From IMG/VR virus record IMGVR_UViG_3300046819_000361: a DNA stretch of 64,000 nucleotides; one strand, written 5' to 3'. Of the stretch, positions 48,756 through 58,406 are shown one piece after another. The stretch is from a virus. Taxonomy: Duplodnaviria; Caudoviricetes. The notes beneath the pieces were generated by a model that saw only the letters and a program-made list of their open reading frames with translations, was not told the DNA's origin and ran no database searches. Made by a program: the position numbers and the translations under genes. Position 1 is the first letter of the stretch. Each line of letters starts with the position of its first letter.

Positions 48756-50033
48756 ATGTCATATATTATAAGAACATATAATGGGACACAATTAGCAATT
48801 GTTGCAGATGGAACGGTTGATATTACTACTGATTTGTCATTAGTTGGCAGAAATTATTCTGGGTATGGTATTCCACAAAATGAAAATTTTTTATATTTGT
48901 TAGAAAATTTTGCGAATATAACACCGCCATCTAAACCACTTGCTGGTCAATTATGGTTTGACAAAGATTCAAATAAATTGAAATTTTATGATATCAATTC
49001 TGAATGGCGAACTGCAAACGGTGCCGATATTTCTTCAACTAGACCAAACTATTTAACGCCTGGTGATTTTTGGTTTGATGGAACAGAAAATGTATTATAT
49101 GTATATTCATTAACAGGTAGTACTAATAAAACTCCAGGATACATTAGAATTGGACCACTTGAATCATCTACCTCTGGTGATACATCTAAATTTGGATTGG
49201 TGAGCGTAAAAGATACCGATGGTGGTGATCACAATATTTTTGAAGCAATTTTAGAAGGTACTACAATTTTTACAGTGAGTAAGGATGCTGAATTTACCTT
49301 AAGCTCAACCACTCCAATTGCTGGGTTTGAAACAATTAATACTGGTATTACCATGATTAGTGATAACAAATCTAAAGTTTGGGGTACTTCACTAACATCA
49401 GAAAACATGGCAGTGTTGGTTGATGAAACTTATATTAATTATCCACCAGCATTGAGTAAGGTGGCGGATACCGTTGCATTGCGCGATAGTACAGGCACCA
49501 TTTTTGCAAATATTAATGGAATTTCGACGAAGGCTGATACTGTAAAAGTTGGTTCGGATTATTTTAGTGCAACGACGAGCATGTTATCAAGTGGTAATAA
49601 AACATCGATTGTTGCCAGAGATACTAATGGTGATTTTACGGCTAACTTAATAACTGCTACTGCAACTCAAGCTAGATATGCTGACTTGGCGGAAAAATAT
49701 TTGTCGGATTCCGAATATGATGTGGGTACTGTTATGATGGTTGGTGGTGACAAAGAAGTAACTGCTAGTAAATTGGGTAGTAGAGCAATTGGTGTTATTT
49801 CTGAAAATCCGGCATATATGATGAATTCAGAATTAGTAGATGGAGTGTATATTGCATTGAAAGGCCGAGTGCCAGTAAAGGTAATAGGCCCTGTTGCTAA
49901 AGGAAGTCGGTTAATTGCTGGAGACGATGGGACTGCACGGGTTCCTGGAATATCATTTGATAATGTATTTGCAATTGCATTAGAGACGAGTACCGATGAT
50001 GGTATTAAAATAATTGAAGCGATAATTTTATAA
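48756..50033 (+). CDS. Tail fibre-like protein with a C-terminal intramolecular-chaperone-like domain
   Basis: Paralogous LENFAN..GQLWFD N-terminus; YADLAEKY...GVISENPAY.MN...IALKGRVPVKV. Confidence 0.75.
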   Translation: MSYIIRTYNGTQLAIVADGTVDITTDLSLVGRNYSGYGIPQNENFLYLLENFANITPPSKPLAGQLWFDKDSNKLKFYDINSEWRTANGADISSTRPNYLTPGDFWFDGTENVLYVYSLTGSTNKTPGYIRIGPLESSTSGDTSKFGLVSVKDTDGGDHNIFEAILEGTTIFTVSKDAEFTLSSTTPIAGFETINTGITMISDNKSKVWGTSLTSENMAVLVDETYINYPPALSKVADTVALRDSTGTIFANINGISTKADTVKVGSDYFSATTSMLSSGNKTSIVARDTNGDFTANLITATATQARYADLAEKYLSDSEYDVGTVMMVGGDKEVTASKLGSRAIGVISENPAYMMNSELVDGVYIALKGRVPVKVIGPVAKGSRLIAGDDGTARVPGISFDNVFAIALETSTDDGIKIIEAIIL

Positions 50034-50046
50034 GGAATAATGACAT

Positions 50047-51942
50047 ATGTCAGCAGGTGTGGGAAATTTAATTGAAGCTAGTGATTATACTAGTATAAAA
50101 GCAAAGGTTGATGCAGTATTTGGATCTGGTGCTAGTGATAGCGGGTATGGACAGTCAATCACATCTCCTGTGAAAGTCCAAGGTGATTTGATTTCTCATT
50201 CTGAATGGGTTAATTTACGCAATGATATGGCAAAGGTTCGTCAACATCAGATAGGTGGACTAATTGGGTCATCTACTGCATTAGATGGTGGGAATTTAGT
50301 TATAGTAACCACCGGGGCATCAATTACTGAAGCTATCAGAAATCAATATAATAATTTTTCAAATGTAATTACCACTGATAGATTTGTAATCGACATCAAT
50401 AATAAATCAACGTCTTCTGGGACATCAGCAACGTATACATCTGAATGGAATGGTGAACTAATCCATACACTTGCCATGATTGGTGCATCATCTGGTGATG
50501 GTTCTGCGAATAATATCAGATATTTTTTTAATAGCGGCGGGGTGCTGAATTTTAGTGCGACTAGAACTGGTGCCGGGATTGTGATTGGAACAGGTTCTAA
50601 TAATGAAAAATATACAGCATGGTCTACCCTGTTAAATGGATTAGGCACTATTAGTTTTGGATATACCGAAACTTCTACGACTGGTAGTGGTACCGGGTCT
50701 TCAATCGGGTGGTATGATTTAACTACTTCTGATCAATTAATATACCAAATACTTGGTAATAATATACCTAGTTTATCTGGGACAGAATATTCTAGCAACG
50801 CATATCAAATTTATGCAAAACGTGATGTAAATAGTACAACCGTTATATTTAGTATTAAATTCTGTGATTTTGATGTAGTAGGGACGGACATTAACGTCGG
50901 TGGAACATTAACTAGCGGATTAGTACAAGTGCATGCCACTGGTGAAAATGTTACAGTATTACCGTTAAATGTAAGTGGTATAGGTGGAAATAACACGTTT
51001 AGTGGTGGATCACCAAATCCTCAATACTTTATTTCACCATCGATCACTACAGTGTCACAGGGTGAGTTAATTACAGTTACTGTTACTACGCAGTATGTGA
51101 ATGATTCTACAACGCTTTATTGGGCCAAAACACCAGGAAGTGTTGCCGGTGATGCTAGATTAACGACAGCAAGTGGATCGGTTATTGTGGATAATAATAC
51201 TGGATCATTTACTGTTACAATAGCCACGGATGAATTATCACACTCGAATGAAACATTTCAATTACAATTATATACTGATGCTGGGCACACAATTTTAGCT
51301 GGTGTACCTAGTTCTATTATTACGATCCTTGGTACAAATAGTATAGTAACCGTGAATACCTATACACTTGGTTCTTCATATTTTATTGGCAGTAGTTCTT
51401 ACTCAATATTCTCAGCAGGTGCTAACAAAATGCTATCAAAAGTGACTGTCACAGAAACCTTGACTAGTATTGGTACTGCAGATGATGGAACGCAATGGCA
51501 AAATGGATATTCTACATTTACAGGAACTTCTTCATCTATAGATTCTTCACCCAACAGCGGTAATATATCTATTGGAACAAGTATTGCAACATCGGCTGTT
51601 AGTAATGGGGTTACAATGACAGTTCCTGCCAACTATGTTATTACCGGAATCGCAGCAGCAGGATATTTATATGGTACAGGTAATCAAGCTGTTACGCTCA
51701 CTTCTTATATACTAATAGCGCCATTATTAGATTCGACCGGAAATATTATACCAGAGGATAAAATAGTGCATAGTGGTGCAACAACTGATACCTTGGTGAC
51801 ATCATGGAATACTTCAGATACTACTGGACCAATTCCTGAAGGAACTGTTATTAGATCAGTAACATTATCTGCAGCAGCAGGAGCTCATTACATGACATGC
51901 TACGCGACAGTTGTTTACGAAACAATTAAAATACGACAATAA
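50047..51942 (+). CDS. Tail fibre/receptor-binding-like protein
   Basis: GYGQ and RYFFNSGG N-terminal motifs, a Calx-beta/Ig-like middle domain, Ser/Thr-rich C-terminus. Confidence 0.6.
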   Translation: MSAGVGNLIEASDYTSIKAKVDAVFGSGASDSGYGQSITSPVKVQGDLISHSEWVNLRNDMAKVRQHQIGGLIGSSTALDGGNLVIVTTGASITEAIRNQYNNFSNVITTDRFVIDINNKSTSSGTSATYTSEWNGELIHTLAMIGASSGDGSANNIRYFFNSGGVLNFSATRTGAGIVIGTGSNNEKYTAWSTLLNGLGTISFGYTETSTTGSGTGSSIGWYDLTTSDQLIYQILGNNIPSLSGTEYSSNAYQIYAKRDVNSTTVIFSIKFCDFDVVGTDINVGGTLTSGLVQVHATGENVTVLPLNVSGIGGNNTFSGGSPNPQYFISPSITTVSQGELITVTVTTQYVNDSTTLYWAKTPGSVAGDARLTTASGSVIVDNNTGSFTVTIATDELSHSNETFQLQLYTDAGHTILAGVPSSIITILGTNSIVTVNTYTLGSSYFIGSSSYSIFSAGANKMLSKVTVTETLTSIGTADDGTQWQNGYSTFTGTSSSIDSSPNSGNISIGTSIATSAVSNGVTMTVPANYVITGIAAAGYLYGTGNQAVTLTSYILIAPLLDSTGNIIPEDKIVHSGATTDTLVTSWNTSDTTGPIPEGTVIRSVTLSAAAGAHYMTCYATVVYETIKIRQ

Positions 51943-51953
51943 AAGGATATTTT

Positions 51954-52265
51954 ATGACATTAGACCAATTACAATATATAATAGAAAGAAAATATAATAA
52001 CATCATATTTGGATCGGATGTTATTATAGCATGTACGTTATCCAGATCAGAAGATGGTCGAAGATTGATTAATAATCAAGATGCTTTTATAGTTGAGTGG
52101 AATATAAATTATATCGAAAAACCATCAGAAAAAGAGCTCGACGTATTGTGGTGCAAATTGTCAGAACAATATCACTCAGATCCAGCAAGAGTTGATTCTG
52201 ATATGTTCAAACACATTAATAATATAGATAGTAAAGTTTTGGATGTCACAATTAATGATATATGA
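51954..52265 (+). CDS. XkdW-like small fibre-associated protein
   Basis: DAFIVEWN....KPSEKEL motif; directly after the fibre gene. Confidence 0.5.
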   Translation: MTLDQLQYIIERKYNNIIFGSDVIIACTLSRSEDGRRLINNQDAFIVEWNINYIEKPSEKELDVLWCKLSEQYHSDPARVDSDMFKHINNIDSKVLDVTINDI

Positions 52266-52873
52266 TTACTAAAATTATATTACCAACTATAATTGAGAAT
52301 TCTCTAACCGAATACGCTAATAATGTACTATCAAATCCGTTATTATACATTGATAACATTCGTAGTAAAAAACATAATGGCCGAATGATAGATCAATACT
52401 CATATAAAAACCCAGGGGTAGCGGACCAATTTATATTAAATAAAGATTTGAAATCAATTCAGTGGAATAATGAAACATTAGAAACCTGTTTTCATTCAAA
52501 ATTAGAATATATATCATTACCACCGATTAACGTGGCAATTCCATTGATGAAATTTTTAGAAGAAACAGTTGGGAAAAAAATAAAGGAACCATCTGGAAAC
52601 TTTTTGTACCAAGTTGGTGGTTATATGGGATGGCATACGAACAGTAATTCTCCTGGGATACGGGCATATGTCGCATATTGTTCCCATGATTCTGGATCAT
52701 ATTTTAAATATGTAGACATGTCGTCTGGCTCACCTAAAATTATAACAGATTGGGATACTTTTGGATGGAATGTCAGAATTTTCGATATATCCGATGACTG
52801 CGATAATTATTTATGGCATTGTGTGGATTCACCTAATGCCATAAGAATAAGTTTTGGTTATAAATTTAAATAG
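52262..52873 (+). CDS. Cupin/2OG-Fe(II) oxygenase-like protein
   Basis: LYQVGGYMGWHTN ... LWHCV ... RISFGY double-stranded beta-helix pattern. Confidence 0.6.
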   Translation: MITKIILPTIIENSLTEYANNVLSNPLLYIDNIRSKKHNGRMIDQYSYKNPGVADQFILNKDLKSIQWNNETLETCFHSKLEYISLPPINVAIPLMKFLEETVGKKIKEPSGNFLYQVGGYMGWHTNSNSPGIRAYVAYCSHDSGSYFKYVDMSSGSPKIITDWDTFGWNVRIFDISDDCDNYLWHCVDSPNAIRISFGYKFK

Positions 52874-52899
52874 AAAATGCCGGGAATTCCCGGCATTTT
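52874..52899. terminator. Bidirectional terminator between convergent modules
   Basis: AAAATGCCGGG-AATT-CCCGGCATTTT. Confidence 0.9.
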
Positions 52900-52900
52900 A

Positions 52901-53695
52901 TTAAGTTCTCTTAAATAAGTTAATAAAAGATTTGAGTAATGATCCAGAAGTTTCTTTCGGTTCATTACTTTCTAGTCTTATTTCAGATTGTGGTGGGATC
53001 GGAGGCTCTGGTGCTTTATAAACATATGAATCGGCCATTGGGAATATTTTAGTAATGGCTTTAGCACATTCTAATGCCAATTCTCGATGTTCCTTTTGTG
53101 TAGATTCTTCTGTACGAACTTCAATAAAATGCACCCAACTACGAATGGTTCCATTGACGTATAATCTACTTTCTGTTAATCCTTCTGGTAATACTGCCCT
53201 TGCTTGTTCTTTAGCAATTCCGTTAGCGATTGCCCATTTGTAAGCGCATGTTGCCAAATCAATTACCTGTAATTGATAACTCTGCCAGGTATCATCCATA
53301 CTTTTATATTGAGCATCGGTAAGATCGACTTGTAATGAATTCTGACGATTTTTTAAATCTTGCAATCTTGTTTCACGAGTTACAAAATTTAAATCTTTAG
53401 TTGGGTCCGCATATCTTTGACTGAATTCTTGGAAACTGAAACTTCTATGACGCAATAATTGACGAGCAATATCCCTTGTCGTTTCAACTTCAATACAAGC
53501 ACTTACCATTTCTAATGGACTAAAGTGCTTATGTTTGATTAGATACTTGATTAATTTATCACTCGTGTCTGTGTTATATTGATTTGAAGGATTTGATACC
53601 CTAGCGCAAAATGCAATCAATTCCTGTGCATCTTGGATACCATTATTAGCAAATTCCTCTGTTGGTTGAGAGTATGATACTAACTTAACTGTCAT
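52901..53695 (-). CDS. thyX: Flavin-dependent thymidylate synthase
   Basis: ARVSN, HFSPLE, RQLLRHRSFSFQEFSQRY, AKEQARAVLP, TQKEHR. Confidence 0.97.
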   Translation of the reverse strand: MTVKLVSYSQPTEEFANNGIQDAQELIAFCARVSNPSNQYNTDTSDKLIKYLIKHKHFSPLEMVSACIEVETTRDIARQLLRHRSFSFQEFSQRYADPTKDLNFVTRETRLQDLKNRQNSLQVDLTDAQYKSMDDTWQSYQLQVIDLATCAYKWAIANGIAKEQARAVLPEGLTESRLYVNGTIRSWVHFIEVRTEESTQKEHRELALECAKAITKIFPMADSYVYKAPEPPIPPQSEIRLESNEPKETSGSLLKSFINLFKRT

Positions 53696-54012
53696 AAATT
53701 TATTTTCCTTAACATTTTTTTAATTGATTTTTCGACATCTTTTCTAACGCGAGAAGTGTCAATTTTAACATCAATATGATCAATATGATCCTCGTATGCA
53801 TCTAAAATTTCAAATAACCCATCTTTGAATTCATTCAGCTTTTTACGAGGGCTTTTTGGAGCAATACCAATTTCCCACGATTTTCCATCTTTGAAGTTTA
53901 TTAAGACTTTTTGAACGTAATCAACTGGTAACACATTAAGTGTTACCTCGTTGAATACTTTGTCCCAGTCATCTATTTCCTCAAGTGGGGTAGATTTCTG
54001 AAAATGCATCAT
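53692..54012 (-). CDS. Hypothetical protein
   Basis: 106-aa ORF tightly coupled to its neighbours. Confidence 0.7.
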   Translation of the reverse strand: MMHFQKSTPLEEIDDWDKVFNEVTLNVLPVDYVQKVLINFKDGKSWEIGIAPKSPRKKLNEFKDGLFEILDAYEDHIDHIDVKIDTSRVRKDVEKSIKKMLRKINL

Positions 54013-54635
54013 ACCGCAGTTTTTTGTTTTCTAGGTTTTTTAACAATAGGCACCAGTTCTTCGGCCATTCGTCTAAAATTTGCAGCTTCCTTCGCTAATC
54101 TATCGGCTTCTGAACGATATTTTTTAGCTTGTTGTTCTGGGGTCAACTGTTCAACTGGTGATTCCACCGCTGGCTCAACATTGACTGATGCTGAAGTTGT
54201 TTTAGATGGGTCATCTACTGGTTGAGTTGTTTCAGGTTTTTTATCACCGGATTTCAATGCCAACTCATCTAGTGAAATTCCACGTTGATCAGCGATGATT
54301 TGATTCAATTCAGATAATAAGATGGAATATGCTGGTCGTGGGAGCATTTCAATCTTATCAGTGCCAACTTTTATAAGTTTTCCTCGTGCATGCAATGCTG
54401 ATAACATAATGCTACCATCTGAAAAATTAGTTCTAGCTAATGATTCTGCAAATTCATATGATGATTGTCCTGAAGGACTTTCAACTAAATTAATTAATGC
54501 ATCATGATATTCATCAGGTAGGCTTTCAGTTGGTATGATTAGGCAGCTATATGCATCACCAGGAATTGTTCTATATGCGACTATGCATTTCTTGCCGGTT
54601 GATTTGATTCTTCCGATGTGTTTTAAATTACTCAT
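54009..54635 (-). CDS. Hypothetical protein
   Basis: 208-aa ORF, LKHIGR...RTIPGD. Confidence 0.75.
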   Translation of the reverse strand: MSNLKHIGRIKSTGKKCIVAYRTIPGDAYSCLIIPTESLPDEYHDALINLVESPSGQSSYEFAESLARTNFSDGSIMLSALHARGKLIKVGTDKIEMLPRPAYSILLSELNQIIADQRGISLDELALKSGDKKPETTQPVDDPSKTTSASVNVEPAVESPVEQLTPEQQAKKYRSEADRLAKEAANFRRMAEELVPIVKKPRKQKTAV

Positions 54636-54860
54636 TTACACACCTTCAGGATTGTTAGCTGTAGCTTGTTTTGACACTTGCTCTAAAAATGCAGCCAATT
54701 TGTTGTAAACGTTCCCAACAGCTGCCATTTCTTCTGCTTTGTACGCACCGCGAGTGGCAGCTAAATCGACTGCTGCTTTAAGAGTTGCTAGGTCGTTGAT
54801 GTTCAACTCAGCAGTAGGCTGAGTTGAAGTTTCGGTTGTGTTTTCACTTTGTTCTGTCAT
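54636..54860 (-). CDS. Hypothetical protein
   Basis: 74 aa; RBS AAGGA; TAAATA at 54881-54886. Confidence 0.7.
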   Translation of the reverse strand: MTEQSENTTETSTQPTAELNINDLATLKAAVDLAATRGAYKAEEMAAVGNVYNKLAAFLEQVSKQATANNPEGV

Positions 54861-54887
54861 GTTATTTCCTTATAACGTGTTATTTAC

Positions 54888-55172
54888 TTATGCATGTACA
54901 AATGGACATGCAATCAAGAAAAAGCTCATCTCTTTCTCTTCTTCGAATCCAATTTGTGTATTATACACGAATGAATTCTTGTTGTCAAGCATTATTCCTT
55001 GCCCGACGTAATATCTATTATTTAAATTCAATTCAATCCACTCACTAATATTTTTTACAGTTTTTGGATTATACGAAGATAGTGAGAAGTATTTGAAATG
55101 CGGGGGCGCATATTCAACCCTCCGCATTTTGAAATAATTCAAGGGATTTGGCTTGCCGTTTTTCAACGCCAT
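54888..55172 (-). CDS. Hypothetical protein
   Basis: 94-aa ORF overlapping the stop of the vWA gene. Confidence 0.7.
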   Translation of the reverse strand: MALKNGKPNPLNYFKMRRVEYAPPHFKYFSLSSYNPKTVKNISEWIELNLNNRYYVGQGIMLDNKNSFVYNTQIGFEEEKEMSFFLIACPFVHA

Positions 55173-56365
55173 TAGTCAGTGCCCTTTACATCATCATAGT
55201 AAGCATATTCGCCGAACGGTGGAACAATTGAAGTAGTTCCGTGACCAATGAAGACGGTGTCACAATAATCTGCATCACCCCATGATCCACATGGATACAT
55301 GTCTGTAAACATAATGAATTTTTTAGGAACAATATCTCTATCTTTCATATATTCCCAATTTACTTCGAAATCGGTGCCACCGCCACCCATTGGCTGATAA
55401 TGGTCGAATTCATCCATTGTATATCCGTCAAAGTCGGCTTCATTATAGATGCTTGTATCAAAACACCATAATTTAATTTTGAAATCTTGATATTCTTGCA
55501 TAATACCTTTGATTTCGCTTAAAAAATCTTTGGCTTGATCATTACTAATTGAACCTGACATATCAATACTTACACAAATATCAATAGTATCTTTCAAATT
55601 TGAACCTGGTAAAATAGCAGACAAATGCCAGCTTTTTCTACTTGGACGCATCCAAGAATAATCTTCTTTGATTACACTTTGAATTTGTTGACGCAAAATT
55701 TGACGCCAGTTCATTTTCGGTTCAGTTAATTCTTGAATCAACCGTTGTACACTTGCTGGGATATTTCCAGCGCCGGATGCTTGTGCTGCCGCCATTACTG
55801 CTTCACGAACTTCATCACGAATGCCACGCAGTTCATCTTTTGTGTAAACTGGTCTATCAGGATTATTTGGATCTTCTTGTTCCCAGTCGATGTGTTGGTC
55901 GAGTAATTCACCCAATTTATCCAACATTTCGTCATTATGATCTTTTAAGAGATCATAAATTTCTTCAGCTCCCATACCGTAGTATTTTTGGTCGTGTAGA
56001 ATATTGATTCCTGGAATTTGCCAATCACCAATTTTATCACGAACAATTTGACCATTAACACAATAGTCAGCAGCCCAATTGAACAATTTTGGATGGCGAC
56101 CTTCACGACGACTCATATGGTCGAATACGTTGTGCATGATTTCATGCGCCAACACGAATTCAATTTGGGGAACTGTCAATGGTTCAAAAAAATCTTTATT
56201 GAAAAAAATGTGTTTGCCTTCGGTTGATGCTGTTTTACACCATTCACCACCTTCTTTAATAATCAGGCGTGTTGCTAGATTTCCAAAAAATGGATGACGT
56301 AATAACAAACCAACCCTAGCAATGATGATATTGTCTTTAATCTTATCTAATACTGGATCTGACAT
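55172..56365 (-). CDS. Metallopeptidase-like plus vWA domain protein (DUF2201-type)
   Basis: LAHEIMH (HExxH), IDMSGS MIDAS, GGGGTDF, FTD; probable start MSDPV with RBS AGGA. Confidence 0.85.
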   Translation of the reverse strand: MSDPVLDKIKDNIIIARVGLLLRHPFFGNLATRLIIKEGGEWCKTASTEGKHIFFNKDFFEPLTVPQIEFVLAHEIMHNVFDHMSRREGRHPKLFNWAADYCVNGQIVRDKIGDWQIPGINILHDQKYYGMGAEEIYDLLKDHNDEMLDKLGELLDQHIDWEQEDPNNPDRPVYTKDELRGIRDEVREAVMAAAQASGAGNIPASVQRLIQELTEPKMNWRQILRQQIQSVIKEDYSWMRPSRKSWHLSAILPGSNLKDTIDICVSIDMSGSISNDQAKDFLSEIKGIMQEYQDFKIKLWCFDTSIYNEADFDGYTMDEFDHYQPMGGGGTDFEVNWEYMKDRDIVPKKFIMFTDMYPCGSWGDADYCDTVFIGHGTTSIVPPFGEYAYYDDVKGTD

Positions 56366-56418
56366 TTGTATTCCTAGTAATTTGAAAAGGACTATTAATC
56401 CCTGGATGTTAAACTTAA

Positions 56419-56448
56419 GGTTGGGGGCTGAAACAACCCCCAACCCTA
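56419..56448 (-). terminator. Stem-loop between the AAA and vWA genes
   Basis: GGTTGGGGG-N-CCCCAACC inverted repeat. Confidence 0.5.
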
Positions 56449-56452
56449 TATG

Positions 56453-57538
56453 TTACTGCTCAGTTGCGCTTGAAATGTATTTTCCATATTTTTTATGGAA
56501 ATCCAAGAAGCATTTGATTTCATCGATGTCAAATGGCAATTTGTAAGACGACAGCGCGATTTTGGTACCCATGATAACCAACTCAGTTTCAAAGTTGTCC
56601 ATCATAAACTCGAAGAAGCAGTTAGCTTGGTCGTTCCAATCTTTATCTTTGCGGTCAGCACCATCTTTCAATTCGTAGCACAACCCAACGGTAAGAGCGT
56701 ACATCGCTGAAATTTCTTTATAGTCAAGTTTTTTGACTTTACCTTTCAGTACATCAGTTGGGTTTGGCATTTTACCAGCCAATTTTTGGTATGCACCGAA
56801 CTTAATCGCGGTACCTTCGCCAACTGAACCAGCCATCAAGTTCATCAAGGTTTCGTCATCGCAGTCGTTTTCTGTCAACAATTCGCTAACGAATGACCAA
56901 GAACGAGGTGTCGCAAATGCACGTGAGCTTGATTTAGGATCAAAGTTGTTCAAATCACCTTTTGACCAGTTCAAGAAACCCACGATATCTTTGTGGATTT
57001 TATTTTCGGTTGCCCAATCAAACCAATCATCAAATGAGTGGGTCATTTCCAAATGGATAAAACGATTTGCTAATGGTGCTGGCATGCGATAGGTAACACC
57101 TTTATCACCTTCGCGGTTACCTGCCGCAACGATTACTACATTGTCAGGTAATGAATAGGTACCAACTTTACGGTTCAATACCAACTGATATGCCGCAGAT
57201 TGCACTGATGGAGCAGCTGAGTTCATTTCATCCAAAAATAAGATGATACGGTCGTACTGTTCAGCCATTTTCATGCCAGGTAATTCAGATGGTGGAGCCC
57301 ATTTCATAGTACCTTCTTTATCGTCGAAATATGGTACACCTTTAATGTCAGTTGGATCCCATAATGATAAACGCACGTCAATGACTAAATCATTAGCACC
57401 GTCATCACCGATTTGTTTGATCAAATCAGATTTACCAATACCTGGTTGCCCCCAAATAAAAATTGGTCTTTTAACTTTTAAGGCTTTGATGATTGCTTTT
57501 TTTGCTGATTTTGGGCCTACTGCGCGAGATTCACTCAT
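56453..57538 (-). CDS. MoxR-like AAA+ ATPase
   Basis: Walker A GQPGIGKS, Walker B LFLDEMN, AAGN, LANRF, TPRSW. Confidence 0.9.
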   Translation of the reverse strand: MSESRAVGPKSAKKAIIKALKVKRPIFIWGQPGIGKSDLIKQIGDDGANDLVIDVRLSLWDPTDIKGVPYFDDKEGTMKWAPPSELPGMKMAEQYDRIILFLDEMNSAAPSVQSAAYQLVLNRKVGTYSLPDNVVIVAAGNREGDKGVTYRMPAPLANRFIHLEMTHSFDDWFDWATENKIHKDIVGFLNWSKGDLNNFDPKSSSRAFATPRSWSFVSELLTENDCDDETLMNLMAGSVGEGTAIKFGAYQKLAGKMPNPTDVLKGKVKKLDYKEISAMYALTVGLCYELKDGADRKDKDWNDQANCFFEFMMDNFETELVIMGTKIALSSYKLPFDIDEIKCFLDFHKKYGKYISSATEQ

Positions 57539-57573
57539 GTTTGTTTCCTATTGTGTGTTTAAAGAAAGAATAA

Positions 57574-57673
57574 ATTGTAACGTATTAAATATACATTGTC
57601 AATTGTTTTTCAAATCCATCTGTTAGTGCGTCCATTTCCTGTGTAGTATACTACTAGGATTTTCGTTTGTCAA
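57574..57673 (-). promoter_or_regulatory. Two tandem sigma70 promoters
   Basis: TTGACA (57668-73) N17 TATACT (57645-50) and TTGACA (57597-602) N17 TACAAT (57574-79). Confidence 0.8.
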
Positions 57674-57682
57674 CTAAATTTT

Positions 57683-58075
57683 TTACTTTTGTAAAGATCG
57701 TTGACGCTCGTTTAATGATTTTATTATACCATATTTTCTAATATCATCTGAAAATAAATGTAGTTCAAAACTCTTTATTTCAGAAAACACCGTAATACTT
57801 TGATTGGTGAGAAAATATGGACAATCAATAAATCGAGATAAGTATATCACTGTTTGAGGGCTCTTGTCAATAGGTTCCGTAAACGGAATTTTATATGCTT
57901 TAAGACCCAACGTGTTAACCAAGAAATCCAATCCTTCACCAGACAATCTGTATGAATTATTTGAAGATCTATTACTATGCCACCATTGCCTTGAGTAAAA
58001 CTTCAAGTTGGCGTCATCCGTACTTTTACCCCATTGAGATAGGAATATCTTGGTTAATGAAGTTCTATCTATCAT
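57683..58075 (-). CDS. Hypothetical protein
   Basis: 130-aa ORF. Confidence 0.7.
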   Translation of the reverse strand: MIDRTSLTKIFLSQWGKSTDDANLKFYSRQWWHSNRSSNNSYRLSGEGLDFLVNTLGLKAYKIPFTEPIDKSPQTVIYLSRFIDCPYFLTNQSITVFSEIKSFELHLFSDDIRKYGIIKSLNERQRSLQK

Positions 58076-58362
58076 TTTTTCGATGCCTTCATTGTTAATT
58101 TTACAACATTAAACGCCTCTGTGTCAAACTGTAAATTTAACTTTTTTGCTAAATTGTGAGCATGCCCTGGATTAGAAAAACTGGTTTTTTTATATTTTGG
58201 GCCAGGGTGACTCACTAAACTATTAAACGATTTCAAATTGAAGGCGGCTGATTCATAGAACACTGCCCATATTGCATTGTCCTCGGCTGCCAATATTTGA
58301 TCCGTCTTATATGATGTTTTATCGGTGTATTCTAATAATACATGCGGTTTTGGTCTACTCAT
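58072..58362 (-). CDS. Hypothetical protein
   Basis: MSRPKP...GPKYKKTSFSNPGHAHNLAKKLN; TAAATA at 58389-58394. Confidence 0.75.
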   Translation of the reverse strand: MSRPKPHVLLEYTDKTSYKTDQILAAEDNAIWAVFYESAAFNLKSFNSLVSHPGPKYKKTSFSNPGHAHNLAKKLNLQFDTEAFNVVKLTMKASKK

Positions 58363-58406
58363 TGAGGTTCCTTTATTAACTACGCATATATTTATCAAAA
58401 AATGCA

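Noticed and set aside
46743-51942. Diversity-generating retroelement or invertible fibre cassette
   Set aside because: No reverse transcriptase, recombinase or template/variable repeat pair seen; paralog similarity is limited to N-terminal protein motifs
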